Position numbers and translations under genes: made by a program. The notes under the pieces are model-generated. The model had not been told where the DNA came from and ran no database searches. It saw only the letters and a list, made by a program, of their open reading frames with translations. DNA of 64,000 nt from an uncultured Chloroflexia bacterium (GTDB taxonomy: Bacteria > Chloroflexota > Limnocylindria > Limnocylindrales > CSP1-4), in contig CAVVYR010000008.1 in NCBI GenBank assembly GCA_963752475.1, positions 160,001 to 224,000 on the forward strand, written 5' to 3'. Positions 27,722-37,845 of this stretch are shown here, piece by piece. How positions within the stretch are numbered: position 1 is the stretch's first letter; the number at the start of each line of letters is the position of its first letter.

Positions 27722-28573
27722 GTGGAGAGTCTGCAGGAGGCTACGCGCTGGTTCGCTGACAACCTCTTATGGCTGGTCATCCTCGGCGGGGTGCTGGTGC
27801 TGGCCTACGCCTATAGCGGGTCGGTGGTGGACACCCTCGTTCGTCGCGCGCTGCGCGCCACGGAGGGTGACTTCACCGGCGCCGGCGTGGAAGACCACGA
27901 GCTCAGGAAGCGCTCGGCCACGATCGTGGCCTTGGTCACCACGCTCATCCGCATCGGCATCATCGCCGTGGCGGTGCTCATCTTCGTGGGCGTCACCGGC
28001 AGCGAATGGATACTCCTGCTCATCGGCCTCTTCATCGCGGGCATCACCATCGCGGGCCAGTCGATCGTGCTCGACTACCTCATGGGCATCCTCATCATCG
28101 TGGAAGGTCAGTACTTCCAGGGCGACAACATCGAGCTTGCCGACAAGCCCTGGAAGGGCACCGTCGAGAGCGTCGGGCTGCGGCGAACGGTCGTGCGCGA
28201 TGTGAACGGCACGGTCTACTCCATCTCCAACGGAGAGCTGCGCAGCGTGGCCAATCGCACCCGCATCTTCGCCGCGGCCGAGGTCCGCGTCCGTGGCATC
28301 CGCCAGGGCGACCTGGTCAGGGTGGCCGAGGTCATGGACCGCGTGGGCCGGGAGGTGGCGGCCGAGCGGGAGTTCGCCGAAGCCATCATCGAGGCGCCGG
28401 GCCTGGCTTTCGTGGACGACTCGGACGAGCTCGGCGCCATCGCGGTCATGCGCGGGAAGGTCGTGGCGGCCGATCGCTGGCGCATCTCGTCGGAACTGCG
28501 GCTGCGCCTCGATCAGGCCCTCAACGACGAGGGCATCGTCCTCGACCGCCTGACCCTGCAGCCAGGCTCCTGA
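27722..28573 (+). CDS. Small-conductance mechanosensitive channel (MscS family)
   Basis: QSIVLDYLMGILIIVEGQY..GD.I, GTVE.VGLR.T..RD.NG..Y.I.NG; GTG start behind a -10 box. Confidence 0.88.
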   Translation: MESLQEATRWFADNLLWLVILGGVLVLAYAYSGSVVDTLVRRALRATEGDFTGAGVEDHELRKRSATIVALVTTLIRIGIIAVAVLIFVGVTGSEWILLLIGLFIAGITIAGQSIVLDYLMGILIIVEGQYFQGDNIELADKPWKGTVESVGLRRTVVRDVNGTVYSISNGELRSVANRTRIFAAAEVRVRGIRQGDLVRVAEVMDRVGREVAAEREFAEAIIEAPGLAFVDDSDELGAIAVMRGKVVAADRWRISSELRLRLDQALNDEGIVLDRLTLQPGS

Positions 28574-28612
28574 AGCTTGACGGGTCCCACTCGTTCATGG
28601 CTAGATGTGGCC

Positions 28613-28870
28613 ATGAAGACCGTGAAGATCGCCGAGCTCAAAGACCACCTCTCGCGCCACCTGCGCGCGGTGGAAGCCGGCGCCGAGGTCACGGTCACGG
28701 ACCGAGATCGGCCCATCGCTCGTATCGTGCCCGTCAGGCCGGCGACCCCTGGCGTGAGCATCATCCCGGCCAGGACCGAGTTCGCGCCGGTACGTGACCG
28801 TCAGCGTCAGCCCGTGGAACTCGGCATCCCCTCGACCGAGCTGTTGCTCGAAGAGCGCGGGGACCGGTGA
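28613..28870 (+). CDS. Phd/YefM family antitoxin
   Basis: MKTVKIAELKDHLSRHLRAVEAGAEVTVTDRDRPIARIVP. Confidence 0.9.
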   Translation: MKTVKIAELKDHLSRHLRAVEAGAEVTVTDRDRPIARIVPVRPATPGVSIIPARTEFAPVRDRQRQPVELGIPSTELLLEERGDR

Positions 28871-29280
28871 GGGCCTACGTCGATACGTCGGTCGTCCTGC
28901 GGGTGGCCTTCGCCGAACCCGATCGGCTCGAAGCCTGGTCGCAGATCACCCGGCCGCTCTCGAGCGAACTGCTGCGGATCGAGGCCCTGCGCACGTTGGA
29001 CCGCGCCCGCCTCCATGGGTCCCTCGCAGAGGAGGAAGTCGCACGCATCCGCGCAGACCTGCTCGAGATCATCGACTCATTCGAGTTGATCGAGCTCGAT
29101 GACCAGGTCAAGGTCCGTGCCGCGGAACCTTTCCCGACGATGCTGCGCACGCTTGATGCGATGCACCTGTCGAGCGCCCTGCTCGCGCGCGCGACAGAGG
29201 ATGACGAGACGGTCTTCGCGACGCACGATCGCGAGCTGGCCATCGCCGCCACGGCCGTTGGCTTCACGGTGCTGTCATGA
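28867..29280 (+). CDS. vapC: PIN domain toxin (VapC family)
   Basis: YVDTSVVL, LRTLDAMHL.SA and FATHDREL; GTGA overlap with the antitoxin. Confidence 0.9.
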   Translation: MRAYVDTSVVLRVAFAEPDRLEAWSQITRPLSSELLRIEALRTLDRARLHGSLAEEEVARIRADLLEIIDSFELIELDDQVKVRAAEPFPTMLRTLDAMHLSSALLARATEDDETVFATHDRELAIAATAVGFTVLS

Positions 29281-32147
29281 CGGCCGAGGTCCTGCCCGAG
29301 GAGGTCGAAGGTCGGCTGCGCATGATTCTCGGCGATCGTCTCCGCGACGACGCCGGCGCGCGGGCGCTCTTCGCATCCGATGCCTCGCTCTATCGAGCCC
29401 TGCCTGCCCTTGTGGCGGAGCCGGAGTCGACGGATGAGCTTGCCGCTGTCGTACGGGCCTGCGCGGAGGCAGGCGTATCGGTGACCATGAGGGGCGCCGG
29501 CACCAGCATCGCCGGCAATGCGCTGGGAGCGGGTGTGGTCGTCGCCACTCGCTCCCTGGCGCACATCGTGGAGCTGGACCCCGTCGCGGGCTACGCGGTC
29601 GTCGAACCCGGCGTGGTCCTGGACGATCTCAACGCCGCGGCTGCTCCCCACGGGCTGCGTGTCGGTCCCGACCCCTCGACTCACAGCCGCTGCACGCTCG
29701 GCGGGATGATCGGCAACAACGCCTGTGGCTCGCACTCGGTCATCTGGGGCACGACCGCACAGAACATCCTCGGCCTCGACGTCATCCGCTCCGACGGTAC
29801 GAAGTTGCGTCTGACCAGCCCGGGGGCACCGCCAAGGCCGGCCGACCCCGCGTGGCCAGAGCTCGACGGTCCCCTCGCCTACGAGCTACGCGCGTTCACC
29901 GCCGAGCACGAGGACCTCATCCGGCGCGAACTTCCGTCGTGGCCCCGCCGCGTCTCAGGCTTCGCGCTCGACTGGCTCCTGCCCGAACACGGACCAGACC
30001 ACGCCAAGGCGCTCGTGGGCACTGAGGGCACCTGCGCCATCGTGGCCCGAGCCGTGGTCCGGCTGGTACGCCCGCCGGCGTCACGTGCGCTGCTGGTCCT
30101 CGGCTTCGGCGACGATATCGAGGGCGCCGATGCGGTGCCGGCCCTGCTGACCGCTCAGCCGTTCACGGTCGAGTCGCTCTCAGCGGAGCTGCTGGCCCTG
30201 GCTCACGCGGAGGCGGCCGACGTCGGCCTCCCCGACGGCGGAGCCTGGCTGATGGTCGAGGCCCGGGCGGACGATGCCGCGGGTGCGCGTGCCCATGCGC
30301 GGGCCCTGGCCGCCACCATCGGCCGCGAGCTCGACGCACCCGACGTGCGCTTCATCGACGGGCCGGACGCACTCGCCGCCTTGTGGCGTATCCGAGAGGA
30401 TGGCGCCGGCCACTCGGCTCGCTTCGCCGACGGCACGAAGGGCTGGCCCGGGTTCGAGGACTCGGCCGTGCCGCCTGAACGCCTGGGCGCGTATCTGAAG
30501 GAGCTGCGCGCGCTGCTTGCCGAGCACGAGATGCAGGCCATCAGCTACGGCCACTACGGCGAGGGCTGCATCCACCTGCGCGTAGGCTTCGGCCTAGACG
30601 CGCCCGACGGGCCCCAGCGCTACGAGCGCTTCGTGTCAGACGCAGCCGACCTCGTCGTGCGCCACGGCGGCTCGTTGAGCGGCGAGCACGGTGACGGGCG
30701 CTCGCGTGGCCCGCTGCTTCAGCGGCAGTTCAGCCCTGAGCTCATCGAGGCCTTCGCCGCCTTCCGCAGGACCTGGGATCCGAGCGGCCGGCTCAACCCG
30801 CGCATCATCGTCGACCCACCGCCCATCACGGCCGACCTGCGCGCGACGGCGCCAACGCGCCTCACGACCGTCACCCAGCAGGCGTTCAGCGAGGACGGCG
30901 GTGACTTCCGTTCAGCGGTGGAGCGCTGCATCGGCGTCGGCCGCTGCGTCTCGGTGCAGGGAGTGGCACAGATGTGCCCCAGCTACCGGGCCACGCGCGA
31001 CGAGCAGCACTCCACGCGCGGCCGCGCGCGCCTGCTGCAGGAGATGATCGTGGGCGACCTGGCCGATGACGGCTGGCGCTCGACCGAAGTGCGGGACGCG
31101 CTGGACCTCTGCCTCAGCTGTCGCGGCTGCGTCAGTGAGTGCCCCACGGGCGTGGACATGGCCGCCTACAAGGCCGAGTTCCTCGATCACCACTATCGCC
31201 GCCGCTTGCGCCCGATGTCGCACTACTCGCTGGGCTGGCTGCCGGTCTGGCTCAAGCTCACCGCGCGCGTGCCGCGCCTGGTCAATGCCATCACCCAGCC
31301 ACGGCTATCGCGGCGCCTGTTCTCGAAGCTCGCTGGCATCGCCCCGTCGCGTGGCATCCCGCGCATCGCCCGGCGTACCTTCACGCGCGACTGGCGACCC
31401 CGCCCGCGGCCCGATGCAGCCAACGGCCGCGTGGTCCTGTGGCCGGATACGTACAACGACCACCTCACCCCGGAGGTCAGCCACGCCGCGGTTCGAGTGC
31501 TGGAGGATGCCGGCTACGAGGTCACGGTCCCGGCGCGCTGGGTCTGCGACGGGCTCACCTGGCACTCCACCGGACAGCTGGGCACCACCCGCCGTGTGCT
31601 GGAACGCTCCCTTGGCGCGCCCGAGCTGGGCGGCGACGAGCCCGTGTTGGTGCTGGAGCCCTCGAGCGCAACGATGCTCCGAGCCGACCTCCCGCAGCTA
31701 CTGCCCGATGACCCCCGAGCGGAGCGCCTGGCCAGACGCGTGACCACGCTGGCCGAGTTGCTCGACCGCGTGGGGTACGTGGCCCCGCCACAGCGCGGGG
31801 ACCAGGTCCCGGCCATCGCCCAGCCCCACTGCCACCAGCAGGCCGTGCTCGGGGTCGAGGCCGACCGACGTGTCTACGAGCGCAACGGCATCGCCATCGG
31901 TGAGGAACTCACCGGCTGCTGCGGCCTGGCCGGCAACTTCGGAGCGGAGGCCGGCCATGAAGAGGTGAGCCAGAAGGTGGCAGAGTTGTCGCTGGTGCCG
32001 GCACTGGAAGCCGCCCCTGACGCGCCCGTGCTGGCCGACGGGTTCAGTTGCCGCACACAGATCGAATCGCTTTCGGGCCGACGCGCGCGCCACCTCGCCG
32101 AGGTGCTCGCCGAACGCCTGCCAGCAGAAGGGGATCCTGCGCCATGA
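29277..32147 (+). CDS. FAD-binding / Fe-S oxidoreductase (GlcD-GlcF fusion, D-2-hydroxyacid dehydrogenase-like)
   Basis: GAGTSIAGN, PDPST..RCTLGGMIGNNACG, GEHGDG, CIGVGRC...MCPSY, CLSCRGCVSECP, and C-terminal CCG domains. Confidence 0.92.
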   Translation: MTAEVLPEEVEGRLRMILGDRLRDDAGARALFASDASLYRALPALVAEPESTDELAAVVRACAEAGVSVTMRGAGTSIAGNALGAGVVVATRSLAHIVELDPVAGYAVVEPGVVLDDLNAAAAPHGLRVGPDPSTHSRCTLGGMIGNNACGSHSVIWGTTAQNILGLDVIRSDGTKLRLTSPGAPPRPADPAWPELDGPLAYELRAFTAEHEDLIRRELPSWPRRVSGFALDWLLPEHGPDHAKALVGTEGTCAIVARAVVRLVRPPASRALLVLGFGDDIEGADAVPALLTAQPFTVESLSAELLALAHAEAADVGLPDGGAWLMVEARADDAAGARAHARALAATIGRELDAPDVRFIDGPDALAALWRIREDGAGHSARFADGTKGWPGFEDSAVPPERLGAYLKELRALLAEHEMQAISYGHYGEGCIHLRVGFGLDAPDGPQRYERFVSDAADLVVRHGGSLSGEHGDGRSRGPLLQRQFSPELIEAFAAFRRTWDPSGRLNPRIIVDPPPITADLRATAPTRLTTVTQQAFSEDGGDFRSAVERCIGVGRCVSVQGVAQMCPSYRATRDEQHSTRGRARLLQEMIVGDLADDGWRSTEVRDALDLCLSCRGCVSECPTGVDMAAYKAEFLDHHYRRRLRPMSHYSLGWLPVWLKLTARVPRLVNAITQPRLSRRLFSKLAGIAPSRGIPRIARRTFTRDWRPRPRPDAANGRVVLWPDTYNDHLTPEVSHAAVRVLEDAGYEVTVPARWVCDGLTWHSTGQLGTTRRVLERSLGAPELGGDEPVLVLEPSSATMLRADLPQLLPDDPRAERLARRVTTLAELLDRVGYVAPPQRGDQVPAIAQPHCHQQAVLGVEADRRVYERNGIAIGEELTGCCGLAGNFGAEAGHEEVSQKVAELSLVPALEAAPDAPVLADGFSCRTQIESLSGRRARHLAEVLAERLPAEGDPAP

Positions 32148-32638
32148 GCCTGGAGCGTGCCCTTGCCCCGCTCGCTATCGCCGTTGCCGTCATCGCCCTG
32201 GTGGTGTGGCTGCTGCTGATCAACGACGTCGCCCTTGGGCCATGGCTGCTGGCCGTGCTCGTCTTCGCCCATGGCTGGGTCCACCTCATGTTCGTCTTCC
32301 CAAAGCCAAAGGGCCAGGGCAACTACGCGGGCGTGAGCGAGTACCCCTTCGACTTCGGTCGCTCGTGGCTCGTTCGCCGCCTGGGTCTCGACGCTGGGCT
32401 GGTACGGACGATCGGCCTCGTGGTCATGGGAGCGACCTTCGCGTTCAGCCTGCTGGCGGCACTGGTGACCATCGGGGTCGTCATCCCGACTGACTGGTGG
32501 GCCGGCCTGATGGTCGGGGCCGCAGCCGCCTCGAGCCTGATGCTGCTGCTCTTCTACTCGCCCGCGCTCATCCTGGGCTTCGGCATCGATGCCCTGATGG
32601 TGGCCCTGGTCCTGAGCGGGGCCTGGAGCCCTTCCTAG
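32144..32638 (+). CDS. Hypothetical membrane protein
   Basis: About 5 hydrophobic segments; AHGWVHL and SWL motifs; ATGA-coupled to the oxidoreductase. Confidence 0.7.
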   Translation: MSLERALAPLAIAVAVIALVVWLLLINDVALGPWLLAVLVFAHGWVHLMFVFPKPKGQGNYAGVSEYPFDFGRSWLVRRLGLDAGLVRTIGLVVMGATFAFSLLAALVTIGVVIPTDWWAGLMVGAAAASSLMLLLFYSPALILGFGIDALMVALVLSGAWSPS

Positions 32639-32667
32639 TCCCGACGGTCAGAGGGCTCTGATCCGAC

Positions 32668-32970
32668 TCAGGATCGGTCCCGGATAGCATCGACGAGGCC
32701 CGACTTGTCCATCGAGCTTCGTCCGTCGATGTCCAGCTCTCGTGCGCGGTTGTAGAGCTCGTCCCGCGTCCGCTCCTCGAGGGGCGTGTTGGGGTTGCCG
32801 GTGCCCGAGGTCCGGGCGGACGGTGTCCGCCCCTCCTCGCGACGTTGCTTGTTCACGGTTCGCGCCGCGATCTCCTCTGCCTCATCCCCGGACCGGCCAC
32901 GCTTCTGCGCACTCTCCTTGATGTGCTCGTACTGGCGCTCGTCCTTGTCACTCCACTCAGGCATCTCCAT
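32668..32970 (-). CDS. Small conserved protein with Rho_N-like C-terminus (often labelled plasmid stabilization protein)
   Basis: ERQYEHIKES...EEIAARTVNK.R...TRDELYNRARELDIDGRSSM.K; strong GGAGGAGG RBS. Confidence 0.85.
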   Translation of the reverse strand: MEMPEWSDKDERQYEHIKESAQKRGRSGDEAEEIAARTVNKQRREEGRTPSARTSGTGNPNTPLEERTRDELYNRARELDIDGRSSMDKSGLVDAIRDRS

Positions 32971-33033
32971 CCTCCTCCTGATGCGCCTCGCGTGAGCCCA
33001 CCCAAGCAGTCGCGAAACGGCACGGTCAACCTC

Positions 33034-33654
33034 CTAGGCCGCAGGCCCGTCGTCCCCGACGAGCAGCGGCTGTCCATAGGTGGTGACGTCGAGGCGGTCC
33101 ACGACCAGCGCCGGCTCGCCCTCGAACTCAGCGAAGATCTCCTCGTTCAGGACGATGCCGAACTCCTCGGCCATCTGGTCACGCTGGAACTCCTCGAGCC
33201 TGCCCGCGAACTGGACCACATTGCCGGCTTCATAGGTCTCGCCCACCGTCACGGGCAGGCTGCCGCCGGTGGCCAGGCCATAGCCACGGAGGAGTGCGTC
33301 GGGCGCGATGACCACGAGCACGTGGTCGGGCGCCAGGTCACTGCCCACGGCGAGCGCCCGGTCGGTCAGCAGCTCGTCGATGCGGCCGGTGAGCACGGCC
33401 TGCTCGCCGACCATCGACCCGCCCTCCGCAACCACATCGCTGACGCTGAGGTTGCGCGTCTCCTGCGCGTCGTCGCCGCTGGAGGCCAACCATAGGACGG
33501 CGGCCAGGATCACGACGAGCGTGCCGACGCCGGCGACCAGCAGCCAGATCGGGTTCAGGCCGCGCCAGCCAGCCGGCTGTGGCGGGATGCCCGCCTGATC
33601 GTGGCGGCCCTCGCTGGTCGTGGGTGCAGTCGGCGGAACTCCGTAGTTCGTCAT
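33034..33654 (-). CDS. Hypothetical membrane-anchored protein
   Basis: Single TM helix followed by an acidic beta-rich domain; GGAGG RBS. Confidence 0.7.
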   Translation of the reverse strand: MTNYGVPPTAPTTSEGRHDQAGIPPQPAGWRGLNPIWLLVAGVGTLVVILAAVLWLASSGDDAQETRNLSVSDVVAEGGSMVGEQAVLTGRIDELLTDRALAVGSDLAPDHVLVVIAPDALLRGYGLATGGSLPVTVGETYEAGNVVQFAGRLEEFQRDQMAEEFGIVLNEEIFAEFEGEPALVVDRLDVTTYGQPLLVGDDGPAA

Positions 33655-33816
33655 CGTTGGGTCCTCCAGTGGTATCGAGTTCAGCCATGCAGGTCACGAT
33701 GGTGCGCGTCACGACGCCGCGTTCGCGACATCACACCGGCGCGGTGCCTTGCAAGCGCGTGACAAGCAGCCCCACCCAGGGTCGAGCGCCCACGCGAGGA
33801 CGACCCCAGAGACGCC

Positions 33817-35148
33817 CTAGGCTCCAGCCTCGCCGGGCACGGTTCGGGGCTGCCGGCGCAGGCGCCCGAAGAAGCCGGTGTAGACGACCATCCCAAGCAC
33901 GAAGGTGAACGCCACCGTGCCCGCGAAGAACCAGAACGGCAGCGCCCGACCGGCTTCGTAGAGCGCACCCGAGAGCATCGTCGAGACGATGACGGCACTG
34001 GTCCCGACCGAGCCGTAGATGCCCTGCGCGAGCGCGGTTCGGCCCGCCGGTGACCCAGCCGCGACCATGGCGAACAGGGCCGTGCCCAGCATGGCCGCGA
34101 AGGCCGCCTCGATCGTGGCCGCTACCGCCGGCGTGACCGGGTCGGTCGAGAGAGCGAAGGTGATCCCGGCTCCGACCATCACGAGGCTGCCGGCGACCAC
34201 GAAGGGGATCGAGCCCCAGCGATCGACGAAGCGACCGAAGAGGGGCGCCAGGATCATCGAGGGCAGCCCGAGGAGCATGAAGGTGATACCGATCCAGGCC
34301 ACATCGGCCCCGAGGTCGATCATGAACAACGGCCACACCACGTCGTAGATGCCGAAGCTCAGCTGTAGGCCGAAGCCGACGATGACCGCCGCGATGAGCG
34401 TGCGATTGAAGACCGCGCGCAACGGCGCCTGCGTCGGTGGCCGGGGCTCGGGCTCGGCGTAGACACGCTCTGCCGCTGACGCATGGATGCCGGTCTTGGC
34501 CAGCGAGGACTCGGTCTCCTGGTCGCGGTGCACCAGGTCCGGCACGCGCGTGCGGGTCGCCGGGGCTCGCCACAGGAAGAGCGCCGAGACGAATCCCAGC
34601 AGGCCCATGAACACGAAGGGGAAGGTGTAGCCACCGAAGATCGAGGTGCCGAAGGCGCCGATGGCCGGGCCCAGCACGAAGCCGCCGTTCATGAAGGCGC
34701 TGAAGTAGCCGAAGGCCTGGCCGCGGGTCCCTGGGTCGGTGGCGTCCACGAGCTCGCCGCGAGCCGCCGGTCCGAACATGCCACTGGCGATGCCGGCGAT
34801 GAAGCGCAGCAGGAACAGCTCCACCGACGAGGTGAAGACGAGCATGAGGATGCTGGTGATGCCCACGATCAGCAGCGCCACCACCATCTGTGGCCTGCGC
34901 GAGTAGCGGTCGGCCAGCCAACCGAACGGCGGCTCGGCGATCAGTCGGCCGATGGCCCAGCCGGAGATGATGATGCCGATACTGGCGGGGCTGATGCCCT
35001 GCGACTGCACGTACAGCGAGAGCACCGGGATCATGGCCCCGAAGCCGAGCATGACGATGCTCGTCGCCACCATCAGCGGCAGCAACGGTCCCCAGCGTCT
35101 GAGCCATGCGGAACCACGGGCGCGCACTCGCGCGCGGATGTCGGGCAT
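33817..35148 (-). CDS. MFS transporter
   Basis: GWLADRYSRR and GRFVDRWG motif A copies; about 12 TM helices. Confidence 0.9.
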   Translation of the reverse strand: MPDIRARVRARGSAWLRRWGPLLPLMVATSIVMLGFGAMIPVLSLYVQSQGISPASIGIIISGWAIGRLIAEPPFGWLADRYSRRPQMVVALLIVGITSILMLVFTSSVELFLLRFIAGIASGMFGPAARGELVDATDPGTRGQAFGYFSAFMNGGFVLGPAIGAFGTSIFGGYTFPFVFMGLLGFVSALFLWRAPATRTRVPDLVHRDQETESSLAKTGIHASAAERVYAEPEPRPPTQAPLRAVFNRTLIAAVIVGFGLQLSFGIYDVVWPLFMIDLGADVAWIGITFMLLGLPSMILAPLFGRFVDRWGSIPFVVAGSLVMVGAGITFALSTDPVTPAVAATIEAAFAAMLGTALFAMVAAGSPAGRTALAQGIYGSVGTSAVIVSTMLSGALYEAGRALPFWFFAGTVAFTFVLGMVVYTGFFGRLRRQPRTVPGEAGA

Positions 35149-35281
35149 CGCGATCGACTCTAGCGACCGCCCGAGGCGGCCCCTCCTGCCGAGCGTCGTC
35201 CTGCGACGGGCGCATCAGCCCATCGTCTTGGCTACTATCCCCTGACGCACCCAGCGTCCCCTCAGCCCAGAGGAACCGCGC

Positions 35282-36358
35282 ATGCCCTTGGTCGCCCACA
35301 ACGCGTTGCCCACGTTCGAGCGTCTGCGCGCGGAAGGCGAGGATGTGCTCAGCGTCGAGCGCGCGGAGCACCAGGACATCCGCGAGCTGCACGTGGGCCT
35401 GCTGAACATGATGCCGGACGCTGCCCTGCTGGTGACCGAGAAGCAGTACATGCGCCTCATCGGCGCCTGCAACCGCATCACGCAGATCTACGTCTATCCC
35501 TTCAGCGTGCCCGGCCTCGCCCGCAGTCAGGACACACTGGCCCACATCGAGGCCTTCTACGCTGACTTCGATTCGCTCAAAGGGCGCGGCCTCGACGCGC
35601 TCATCATCAGTGGCGCCAACGTGACCAACCCTTCGATCGACCTGGAGCCCTTCTGGGAGCCGCTACAGGACGTCATCGAGTGGGCCGCCGACCACGTCAC
35701 GAGCATCCTCTGCTCCTGCCTCGCGACCCACGCCCTGGTCAAGCATCTCTATGGCATCGACCGCCGCCCGTTCCCGCAGAAGCTGTGGGGCGTCTACCGC
35801 CACCGGGTGTGCGATCGCACCCACCCGCTGACGCAGGACGTGAACACCCGCTTCGATGCCCCGCACTCCCGCTGGAACGACATCCCGCGCGAGGAGTGGG
35901 ACGGCGCGGGCCTGCGCGTGCTGGCGGAGTCGGAGGTCGCCGGCGTGCATCTGGCCACCAGCGCCGACGGCTTCCGCATCGTCTACTTCCAGGGTCATCC
36001 CGAATACGACCGCAACTCACTGCTCAAGGAGTACAAACGCGAGGTCGGTCGCTTCCTCGCGGGCGAGGTGCCCGAGCCTCCGCCGTACCCTGAGCACTAC
36101 TTCACGCCAGAGTCCGAAGGTCTGGCACAGTCCTATCTCCGCGACGCCCTCGCCGCCCAGGCCCATGGCGAGGATGATCCGGGGTTCCCGGAGGCGAGTA
36201 TCGACGACTTCCTGGACAACACCTGGGGGGACACGGGCCGCGCGCTCTTCAACAACTGGCTGGGGCTGGTCTACCAGCTCACCGGCCTCGACCGACAGGA
36301 GCCATTCATGCCCGGCATCGATCCCGATGATCCGCTGGGCCTCGGCCGCCACGCCTAG
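35282..36358 (+). CDS. metA: Homoserine O-acyltransferase (MetA family)
   Basis: HQDIRELH.GLLNMMP, catalytic SCLA, PHSRWN and QGHPEY. Confidence 0.93.
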   Translation: MPLVAHNALPTFERLRAEGEDVLSVERAEHQDIRELHVGLLNMMPDAALLVTEKQYMRLIGACNRITQIYVYPFSVPGLARSQDTLAHIEAFYADFDSLKGRGLDALIISGANVTNPSIDLEPFWEPLQDVIEWAADHVTSILCSCLATHALVKHLYGIDRRPFPQKLWGVYRHRVCDRTHPLTQDVNTRFDAPHSRWNDIPREEWDGAGLRVLAESEVAGVHLATSADGFRIVYFQGHPEYDRNSLLKEYKREVGRFLAGEVPEPPPYPEHYFTPESEGLAQSYLRDALAAQAHGEDDPGFPEASIDDFLDNTWGDTGRALFNNWLGLVYQLTGLDRQEPFMPGIDPDDPLGLGRHA

Positions 36359-36387
36359 CAGCTCGACAGCAGAGCAGGAGGACCCCC

Positions 36388-37665
36388 ATGAGAGACGAGA
36401 CCCTGGCCATCCACGCCGGGTACGAGACCGACCCCACGACGAAGTCGGTGGCCGTGCCCATCTACCAGACCGTAGCCTACGAGTTCGATGACGCCCAGCA
36501 CGGCGCCGACCTCTTCAACCTTGAGGTCGCGGGCAACATCTACACCCGCATCATGAACCCCACCGCTGACGTGCTCGAACAGCGCGTAGCGGCACTCGAG
36601 GGCGGCATCGCCGGCCTGGCTCTGTCGGCCGGCTCGGCAGCCATCAACTACTCGATCCTGACCATCGCCAAGGCCGGCGCCAACATCGTCAGCGTGCCCC
36701 AGCTCTACGGCGGCACCTACACGCTGTTCGCACACATGCTCCCGGCGCAGGGCATCGATGTCCGCTTCGCGGAGGACGACTCGCCCGAGGCGCTCGAGAA
36801 GCTGATCGACGGGGCGACCGCCGCGGTCTTCCTCGAGTCCATCGGCAACCCTGCTGGCAACATCGCCGACATCGAGGGCATCGCCCAGATGGCGCACAGC
36901 CACGGCGTGCCCGTCATCGTCGATGCGACCGTCTCGACGCCGTACCTGACCAAGTCCATCGAGTGGGGCGCGGACATCGTCATCCACTCCCTGACCAAGT
37001 ACATCGGCGGCCACGGCAACTCGCTCGGTGGCATGATCGTCGACGCGGGCAAGTTCGACTGGGCCGCCCACAGCGATCGCTATCCGATGCTGACCGACCC
37101 CGAGCCCGCCTACCACGGCGTGCAGTACACGGAGACCTTCGGCCCGGCCGCGTTCATCGCCCGAGCGCGAACCGTGCCGCTGCGCAACACGGGCTCGGCC
37201 ATCAGCCCCTTGAACGCGTTCCTCATCCTGCAGGGCATCCAGACCCTGCCGGTGCGCATGGAGCGTCACGTGGAGAACGCCAAGGCCGTGGCGGCCCACC
37301 TCAAGGACCACCCGCAGGTCGAGTGGGTCAGCTACGCCGGCCTGCCGGACTCCCCGTACTACGAGCTGGCGCAGAAGTACACGAACGGCAAGCCCTCGGG
37401 CCTGCTCAGCTTCGGTGTCAAGGGCGGCTACGAGAACGGCGTCAAGTTCTACGACGCGCTGAAGGTCTTCAAGCGCCTCGTCAACATCGGCGACGTCAAG
37501 TCGCTGGCGGCGCATCCGGCCTCCACGACACATCGCCAGATGACGCCGGAAGAGCAGCAGCAGGCCGGGGTCACGCCGGACCTCATCCGTCTGTGCATCG
37601 GCATCGAGCACATCGACGACATCATCGAGGACATCGACCAGGCACTCGAAACCTCGGCCAAGTAA
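36388..37665 (+). CDS. metY: O-acyl-homoserine sulfhydrylase
   Basis: AVPIYQT, GNIYTRIMNPT, HSLTKYIGGHG (PLP lysine) and NIGDVKSL..HPASTTH.Q. Confidence 0.93.
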   Translation: MRDETLAIHAGYETDPTTKSVAVPIYQTVAYEFDDAQHGADLFNLEVAGNIYTRIMNPTADVLEQRVAALEGGIAGLALSAGSAAINYSILTIAKAGANIVSVPQLYGGTYTLFAHMLPAQGIDVRFAEDDSPEALEKLIDGATAAVFLESIGNPAGNIADIEGIAQMAHSHGVPVIVDATVSTPYLTKSIEWGADIVIHSLTKYIGGHGNSLGGMIVDAGKFDWAAHSDRYPMLTDPEPAYHGVQYTETFGPAAFIARARTVPLRNTGSAISPLNAFLILQGIQTLPVRMERHVENAKAVAAHLKDHPQVEWVSYAGLPDSPYYELAQKYTNGKPSGLLSFGVKGGYENGVKFYDALKVFKRLVNIGDVKSLAAHPASTTHRQMTPEEQQQAGVTPDLIRLCIGIEHIDDIIEDIDQALETSAK

Positions 37666-37677
37666 CCCTCGCATCCG

Positions 37678-37712
37678 AGCGACCGCGGCCCGACACCTGG
37701 GCCGCGGTCGCT
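37678..37712 (+). terminator. Stem-loop after metY
   Basis: Perfect 14-bp stem AGCGACCGCGGCCC / GGGCCGCGGTCGCT with a 7-nt loop. Confidence 0.7.
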
Positions 37713-37845
37713 TGATTCGTCGACTCCGATCTCGACCTGCTCGACGGCGACGGCGAGACGCCGCTCACCGGCCAAACCTCCCTCGCCCGACTGCTTCGCG
37801 TCCTGACCCACGGGCACTCGGGTCGGCCGGACCTGAAGGTTCGAT

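Noticed and set aside
32668-32970. Evidence for a plasmid or an addiction module
   Set aside because: The plasmid stabilization label on this family is uninformative; there are no rep/par genes and the context is chromosomal.
35149-35281. SAM riboswitch or T-box upstream of metA-metY
   Set aside because: The divergent gap is short and has no recognisable consensus.
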